A stretch of 58,004 bases of DNA, the filler included, from Dirinaria sp. TL-2023a (Eukaryota), in NCBI GenBank assembly GCA_051941275.1. It is 8 parts of 8 records of this genome, joined end to end, with 100 filler letters (N's around TTAATTAATTAA, not from the genome) between each part and the next. Parts side by side here need not be neighbours in the genome. Positions count along the whole stretch, not along the records: positions 50,874 to 58,004 come from JAVEBF010001362.1; 7 more parts are not named here. The stretch is one strand, 5' to 3'. Shown here in pieces: positions 50,874-58,004 of this stretch. How positions within the stretch are numbered: position 1 is the first letter of the stretch; the number at the start of each line of letters is the position of its first letter. The notes below the pieces were generated by a model. The model made no database searches. It saw only the letters and a list, made by a program, of their open reading frames with translations, and was not told where the DNA came from. A program made the position numbers and the translations under genes.

Positions 50874-51059
50874 GTGGGTGGGTGTGTGTCTACTGTCTAT
50901 GTGCGCCAATACTCTCCATTATTATTATCCAAGCCAACCATTCTTGGACATGGGTGTCGCTTGTTCTTGACGACTCTGTTGTGGCCCTACAAAACACGAA
51001 GAGATGTCTTCAGATGACCCCAGATTGTATACAATAATCACTTATCTACGGACATGGAG

Positions 51060-52215
51060 CTAGGATTCTAAGTCCTCATCATCTGACGGATCTGCGTCTT
51101 CCTCCTTCTCGACTCGAACCCCGTCAACGTTCTTCTCTACCTCCGGCGCCAACTCTTCCATGAATGCCTTATCACGTCCCACGAGTGTCACCGTGTTCCT
51201 CTTGTGGCCCCATCTCGGATACGAGCCCACTTTGATGCCCCTGGGTTCCGCCTTGGCCGCTAATTCGGTCAAATACCCTGCGACGGCACTCTCGGCCATT
51301 GGCGTCGAAAACAGCATCCGGTACACGCCTTTGCCCTCCGGATCCGTCAATCGTGGCACCAGGCGTGGCTTCAGACCGTCCAGTAGTTGTACGAATAGCC
51401 TTGGTATACCAGGTAGGATATGTATATTTCCATTGACCACGTTGATGGGAACCCAGAGACTTTCATCTACAAATAGCACTTGGTCCTTATCATCCCTCGA
51501 TTCATCGATGGGGAGTCTGATCATACGCAGTTTGGCCTCGAGAGCAGGGGAGGGTTCATCCCACGAGAAATTGGGTTGAGATGGATGTGGCTTGGAAAGC
51601 TTTTTCATGCGTCGGAGAGCATCCTCGTGTAATCGGAGCTGCAACCCGAAAGCCTTGCCAATGGATTGATATGTAATATCATCGTGCCTATCACGTCGTG
51701 AGTACACAGCGCCAGAACTGTCAAGGGCACGTAGATGGCATACTAACGTCGGACCAATCCCACCGCTGCGAACGACATAAATCAGCAGGTAAACTCATAC
51801 GCACAAGTCCCCCGCAGCCTACCTGGTCACTACAAAGTCATAGTTCTCACTCATTCGCCTCGCTGCTTCCCCGATTTCGGCTTCATCATCGGCGATCACC
51901 TCGATACGCTTTAGATTAATGCCAAGTGAAAAGCAGTATTTTGCGAAATGGGCGGAGTTGGTGTCAACGGTCTAGGAGAGGATTGAGCGATTTACATAAG
52001 AGAATATTCTGCGGAATCCTTACCTTCCCACCAAGGACTTCATCGCCGATGATTAGACATGCTGCCGTATGGATCATTCGATGCGTTCGCTCTTCTGCAG
52101 ATGATGTCATGATGCTGCTCCCAATCGCCGGTCGCACACCCAATGTGGCGCTATGAGCGTGATATAGTCGAGGCCGTGCAATGTGTTGACTTAATTGACT
52201 GAGACGAGCCAACAT
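51060..52215 (-). CDS. Molybdopterin-binding (MoCF/CinA-like) protein, FAD pyrophosphatase/YMR178W-like
   Basis: TAACLIIGDEVLGGK|TVDTNS, VTS|GGIGPT|HDDITY, ILPGIPRLF, KVGSYP; presequence-like MLARLSQLSQH. Confidence 0.88.
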
Positions 52216-52467
52216 CGATGCCAATGAGTGTAAGGTCGTGTATGAGTGCCGGCGGTTCTAGGCTGAAGGTAGGATAAGGTAAGTGGATGGGAGAGGCTAA
52301 CGTATCTTACCCATCACGCGGGGGCGAGATCTGCACGTGAATTTATCATAATAATGCTGCGCTCATGATACCTTGCTCTACAAATACCCAGTCAGAGCCA
52401 ACAATCATGAACGACAAGTAATACGACAAGCGGACCTAACAGAATTCCCTTTCGCATTTGTCACATC

Positions 52468-53002
52468 ATGGTCTGTGCGATACTGTACCTATGTTCATTC
52501 CAGCTGCAGATCCTGACTATGACAGTCTTCAGAGTCTCGACTGTACACATTCTCTCAAGAGACGCAGGAGAAGCTCCGAAAGTTCAGACTCGGGACGTCA
52601 AGAGCCAAAGATCCGCAAGCAGTCGTCTATCAGATTGACAAGAACACGCTCGAGATCGCTCAAGCTGGCGATGAGACCTACACAGATATGCAAGAGCTTG
52701 CGGACGAGCTGCCCGACCACTCTCCCCGTTACGTCTTGCTGAGCTACCCCTTGACGCTGGCATGTCCTTGGGACAGACAGTATTACGTATTGTCACTGAC
52801 TCTAGGCTAGCCTTCAGGACGACTATCTGTACCCTATGTTCTACTCTATTACCTTCCCGTCACTTGCAATTCCGAGAGTCGCATGCTCTACGCGGGCGCG
52901 AAGGAGCTGATGAGGAATACTGCTGAAGTCGGCAGGGTCATTGAATTGTCGGAACCTGAGGAATTGGAATCAATAGAAGGGAAGCTTGGAGGAGAGAGCT
53001 GA
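52468..53002 (+). CDS. AIM7: Glia maturation factor (ADF-H family, Arp2/3 debranching)
   Basis: Missed by the ORF track. Exons 52468-52470 (ATG only), 52526-52759 and 52811-53002 give MSSESRLYTFSQETQEKLRKFRLGTSR...ELPDHSPRYVLLSYP..SGRLSVPYVLLYYLP..RMLYAGAKE. Confidence 0.92.
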
Positions 53003-53183
53003 TGGAGCCGATCAAGGCCCGCTATGGGGGCCTCTCGATGAGGGAATATCACGCTAGGATATCAAGGTCTCCGCATTAAATACTAAATTACATCGAATTC
53101 TGCAAAGCCGGATCCGATGCTCTCAACTTTTTGCAGTGGCTCTCCAGTTACGTCTGTCCTACAGAAAGCCGATATCGTCAATC

Positions 53184-54407
53184 TCAAGACCTCTTATGCA
53201 TTACAGTGGCCGCTGCCTACACAAGATGGTTAGTCGGGTACAAATCGTTAAAATGGAAGCGGATTTCGGTCACATGTGGCATTCATCATTGAAGGAGGCT
53301 ACTCACTTGGTGGTTCGGGAAGATTAGTGTATCAGCCACCACGACATTCTCCCGTCTACCTGCGTTGAAGACCACGACTTCCGCGATATCATCCGGCGTC
53401 AGTGGCTCGCATCCACTAGCATTTGGTCAGAATGGCCTGCCGGTGTGGAGTAACTACTTACGCATAGACAGCGTCGGCCTTCGCCTTGTCTCCGTAGAAG
53501 CGAACAATGGAGAATTCCTGGACTACTGATGAACAGTGTTTGGTCAAAGCATATATCAGACTTACAGTTTCGACTTGACCGGGGTCGATCTCCATCACCC
53601 GTATCCTCGTGGCGATCAGTTCTCGCCGCAGTGCGTCAGTGAAAGTCCGCACAGCGGCTTTGCTGGCGCAGTAGACCGAGCCTCCTGGATAACCCTCCCG
53701 ACCCGCGATACTCCCAATATTAATGATGTCTCCTCGACCGCCCTCATCACGCTTTTTGAAAATCGGTAGTATCGCTTGCGTCATGTTGATCAAACCCGTA
53801 ACGTTTGTGGACATCATTACGTTGATGTCCTCTTCTTCTATGGCTGGGGCTTGTGCCGTCCCCTTCACGAGTCCACTAGAGCCTCCAATCATTAGGGTTG
53901 ATAGGACTGGAGATGGAAATGACCGTGGCATACGCGTTGTTGACAAGTACATCAACGTCTTTGAATTCCGCAGGGAGCGTTTCCACAAAACCTCGAACCT
54001 CATCTGGTTTGCTTACGTCCAGCCTTAGAGGAAGTACTTGGACACCTGCGCCTACTTCCTCCTTAATTTTATCTGCTAATTGCTTCAAAGCATCGACTCT
54101 CCGCGCAGTCAAGATTAATTTCAGACTTTTAGGAGATGTCCGCGCAAATTCCAACGCTGAGAGAAATTAGAGAAGTGTAGATGAAACTCTACAAAACAAA
54201 TGAATGACCTGTGCTTTTCCCAATGCCAGAGGACGCGCCCGTGATGATTATCGTCTTCCCCTCGAGACGTTTGGCCATTGCCGAAGCCATCCTCTGTCCT
54301 CGAATCCAGGACCTTGAGATTGTGCGGAAAAAGTGTCCTTCAATGAGCGGTCCGCGGAGCTTAGCTGTGGAAGCGCACAAGTAACCACGGAAACTATTTG
54401 CAAGCAT
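53184..54407 (-). CDS. NADP-dependent 3-hydroxy acid dehydrogenase (YMR226C/YdfG-like SDR)
   Basis: AKRLEGKTIIITGASSGIG, LVNNA|GLVKG, GSIAG, YCASK, IDPGQVET, PLTPDDIAE. The conserved start is 54290, with an upstream in-frame ATG at 54407. Confidence 0.9.
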
Positions 54408-55465
54408 AAGAATAACGCAATAGTTAAAATTCTCAGACTCGGTTTCAAAGATATGAATCGCTTACAAGAAGAAACGCCAGAAGCGGACCCTAGCCAGTGA
54501 CGTAGCTTTGGTCGCTTATTTTTGCCGCGCTGTTTGTGGGCATACCTTATGCACATATTGTTGCTCCTTTAACGTCGCCTTTTCAAGCCATGAATTATTA
54601 TAACAAGAGTGAAAGCTTAAGCCACCAAGCCATCCCAGTACTCTAAAATCAGACTTCGAAGCATCAAGACTTACGAAGACCATGATCCTTGGTTTACCCG
54701 ACAGCTCGAAAGAGACTCTACATGATGTTCAGCTGCTACTCCATCCCTTGCATCTGAGGCAATGTGAAGGACACGGGGATCATTGAGTGTGTGATGGGCG
54801 ATGATGATCGGATAACCTGTAAGACAGTACGGGCCAAAGGATAGAATGTAGCATTACCAGAATCATTCTCCCCCAAACTTTTAAGCAAAATTTTGACGAG
54901 TTTGCTACAGGTCTAAATATTCCGCAGTTTAAGGGCTTCGCAGTCATGCTCGACTCATGTGAATTCATGCCAAGGCTTCGTGTGCTGCGTTCAATGAATT
55001 CGCCTCCTGAAATTTGCCTTTGTCAGCCTCCTCAGTGAACACATCGCAGCCACGTCTTGCGCCAAATGATCCGGCTTTAGTAGCAATTTGAAGGTACAAG
55101 TCATCATCAAACATCATATCTTTTTTCACAAATTATCGTAGTATATCGTATATACTATGGCAATCCGTATCTCTTGTTGGCCTCGTCTTTTGGTTATGTC
55201 CCGAGTTTGCGGATCCATGAGTGTCATTGAGGGTTGGAGTTCTAGAAAGGCTGTTTCTGGGTACAAATTCCCTGGGTACTCATACTGCCTACAAGTGATC
55301 AAACAGTCAGGGAGTGATCTTCTTAATGCTGCTGTACATCACAATGTGAACTTCAACACATTTAAGGATTACTCTGGGATAGTACACGCTTTCAAAGGCT
55401 CAGTGCAAAAACACTGCAAATGCCTTTACACCCCCACGGAACATCACTCTATGGTAGCAACTACT

Positions 55466-55534
55466 TTCTACACAGACATTCTACACAGAGCTTCTACACA
55501 GAGCTTCTACACACAGGCTCTACACAGACACAGA
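55466..55534 (+). repeat. Minisatellite with a ~13-bp unit TTCTACACAGAGC, about 5 imperfect copies
   Basis: ttctacacagaca-ttctacacagagc-ttctacacagagc-ttctacacacagg-ctctacacagac. Confidence 0.8.
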
Positions 55535-55850
55535 CGTAGGACAACCGGTAACTATATATACCTGCCTCTCTCCTACTTCGATGAGATCTTTCTTCCACCA
55601 AGTTACATCCACATCGATCTTGAGCCATCAATTCACAGACACGCAAATATCGAGTCATCATTCGCAACCTTCAAGACTTGCCTTGCATCGATTACCCAAC
55701 CCCCAAATCTTTCTTGTTCTTCCAATAACCAGCCTGAAGAGCCACTTGCTGTGTTTGGAACCCTAGTATTCGCGTACTGTCTACTGTACTCGCTATTTCC
55801 CTTACCCCAGCATTATTAAGTATTGCCACCACAACAGACTCATCAGCAAC

Positions 55851-58004
55851 ATGACTTGTGCGTGGGCTCCGTTGATCGAGCAGACGCTCAAATGCCAGGT
55901 ACGAACCCAGAACAAGGAACTGGGCTATATCCTGTGCTTACTAGTTCTAGGCTTACTGGACCCGTTCGTATGTGTCCTCCTATGCATCATGCGAGATATC
56001 AAAGTTCTTCCAAGTAAGTCATCACTGTTACTGGCTTACTAGTGTTAGCTAACTTGTGGTAGACGGAAGAAGCTTCGAGTCTTGATGGCACCAGCTTAGA
56101 GAAACTATTCTACGTTAGTGCCGCTCTACATAATCTTGACCATGGCACACCGGCATCGGCCACTTTCATGATGCCCTCTACTCTTCCGCTGGGTGGTCTT
56201 TCGAGATACACAGCACGATGGTCCACTTATGATAATGTATATTGGATCCTACATGTTGATTTTGTGTCTGGACGCCACTCACTTGGGACAACTCCTGAAC
56301 GCGTCGTGAGCAATTCATCTTCGGGAGCGACTCTCTGCAATTCCGCCAATGCCAACCTAAAGGAAAACCGAATTGTCAGCAACTCCTCGTCCGTAGTCAC
56401 TGTCTCCGATCCCGCCATTGTACGGCAGGGGCCAGTCACTAAGAAGACATCCATGCGCCATGCTAGCGCCGATAGCAACGGATCACAGCATACAGATGCT
56501 GACAAAGCTGTCCTGGCGGAGCAGTCAAAGGCTTTGTTCAGTTTAGTCAAGTCTTCTTGCTCCAGTGCTGTGTCAGCTGATCCAGAATCGGGTGCTGCTG
56601 TTGAGGTGCAGAAGTCTGCCTCCCCTGTCATAGCTACCACAAGCTATATAGATGCTCTCGATCTTGCCAAGCCTGGTCGTATCGCAGATACCTTGCGGGA
56701 GCCAGACTATCTAGATCTGGCATTAGACGACGTTCAGAAGGAGGACATGATAGGCACACTTGAAGCCATCGAACGTGGACGCCTCAGCACTGTAGCGGAG
56801 ACTTTGACGGAAGCATATGCGACAACTCCAACAATTTCTCTGCCCAACAATAGCGGCAACCTTCGACAACCCTCAGTCACTTACTGCTCGGTCGCTTCTG
56901 GCGAATCAGAGGCCATAGAGCCTCTTACACGAGAGCCCGTCGTTGATGAGGGTGACAAGGGTAAGGTAAATATATGCCTACCCCCTGCGACTTTCACCAA
57001 GTCAGTATGTGATTCTCTGCCAAGCATCAGCAAGCTTGGGAGAGTCCAGAAATCGCCAACCACGGCCACTATCGTTGAATCACCGGTAGCAGAGCCGCAA
57101 ACAATCGCTGAGAAGGTCGTGGACAAGGAGAAGAAATTGAGCAAGTCGCAAAAGAAGCGGCAGCGTGTTGCGAAGAAGCGCGCAGCTCAACGACTGGCGA
57201 AAGAACAAGAAGCGGCCGGGGATAACACCGCACCCACCGTCGAGGGCTCATCCTCATCGCTTTCCCGATCTTGCCCAGATGAGGCCAATCACGATGAACC
57301 CAAGGATCTCCAAGCAGTCAAGACTGACGCAGAACCGGCGAAGACGAATAGCTTGCCCAAAGAGCTCGACCAGGATTCAATAATGATTGAGGCTGCACCT
57401 ACAATTCCGATGCTTCTTCAAGCAGATTCTGAAGCTCTCCCAGACTCCATACCAACTGAAGCGTCAGATATAGCCTTGGAATCCGCAGCTTCTGAAACTG
57501 CGGGCTCAAGCTATACACCTCCATCATCCGATAGCGGCGAGGAAGTAGTCGAGCCGTTCTCCACTAGTGCAGAAAAGCCCCAGCTACCTCTCGGGTCGGG
57601 CACTGCTACTAATGCATCCGCTCTGTCCCTACTACCTGATCCAAACTTGGTCTTGGGACCATTGCCAGAGCGCTGGGAAGATTCGGAGGACGACGAACCT
57701 CAATCAAATAGCATCATCCATGGTCGTGAGGCCGCCAACGAGGGTAACGTCACCTATCTCCATGTGTACTTTGCCATACAGCACTTGCGGCCGCCATACT
57801 TTGTACAGATTCGAATACTGCAGGACGCTGATCGGTCACTAGACTGGTTCCTTAATTCCTTCCATGGGGCAAATGCACGCGTACAAGGATCTGTGGCAGT
57901 TGATGAGACTGGTGACCAAGAAGACGTGGTCGATGTTATCCAAGACCGGTCTGAGCTTCCACAAGGTGCTGCTGAGGAAGGTGCTGCTGCGCCAACGTAT
58001 CACC
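55851..58004 (+). CDS. Large hypothetical protein, low-complexity and acidic with a basic NLS-like patch; 3' partial
   Basis: Exons 55851-55898, 55951-56013 and 56063 to the window end splice in phase with canonical GT-AG sites. The last exon is open for about 647 codons and contains KKLSKSQKKRQRVAKKR. Confidence 0.65.

Noticed and set aside
55157..55819. 220-aa ORF upstream of the orphan gene
   Set aside because: It spans a minisatellite and promoter/UTR-like sequence and has no domain features.

Overview
Eukaryotic, intron-rich DNA from a filamentous ascomycete (Pezizomycotina; a Eurotiomycetes or lichen-forming origin is only an impression from the proteins). The window is not one locus. 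It holds eight ~7.1-7.2 kb contigs in descending size order, joined by seven artificial 100-bp linkers (44N-TTAATTAATTAA-44N), so neighbourhood only has meaning within a contig. Contig 1: SO/PRO40 cell-fusion scaffold head-to-head with an alpha-type pheromone-like precursor carrying four different Cys-x6-Cys cores. Contig 2: a GH72 glucanosyltransferase with a transmembrane tail, and guanine deaminase. Contig 3: amino-acid permease, beta-hydroxyacid dehydrogenase and a small secreted protein. Contig 4: sugar transporter and an arabinitol-dehydrogenase-like SDR. Contig 5: IDO, NFS1 and RVS167. Contig 6: RAD53/CHK2-type kinase. Contig 7: a P450 inside a transposon nest of LINE pieces, a MITE, a 469-bp mini-LTR element and a Ty3/gypsy relic. 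Contig 8: MoCF/CinA-like protein, GMF, a YMR226C-like SDR and a long orphan gene. The most unusual observations are (a) the mini-LTR element, with a self-priming-type PBS and a tRNA-like 3' half/B-box, (b) RIP-like mutation that targets CpC rather than CpA, and (c) the heterogeneous pheromone-like precursor beside SO, with clustered TATTG promoter motifs. All calls come from manual reading and family recognition; no database searches were run.
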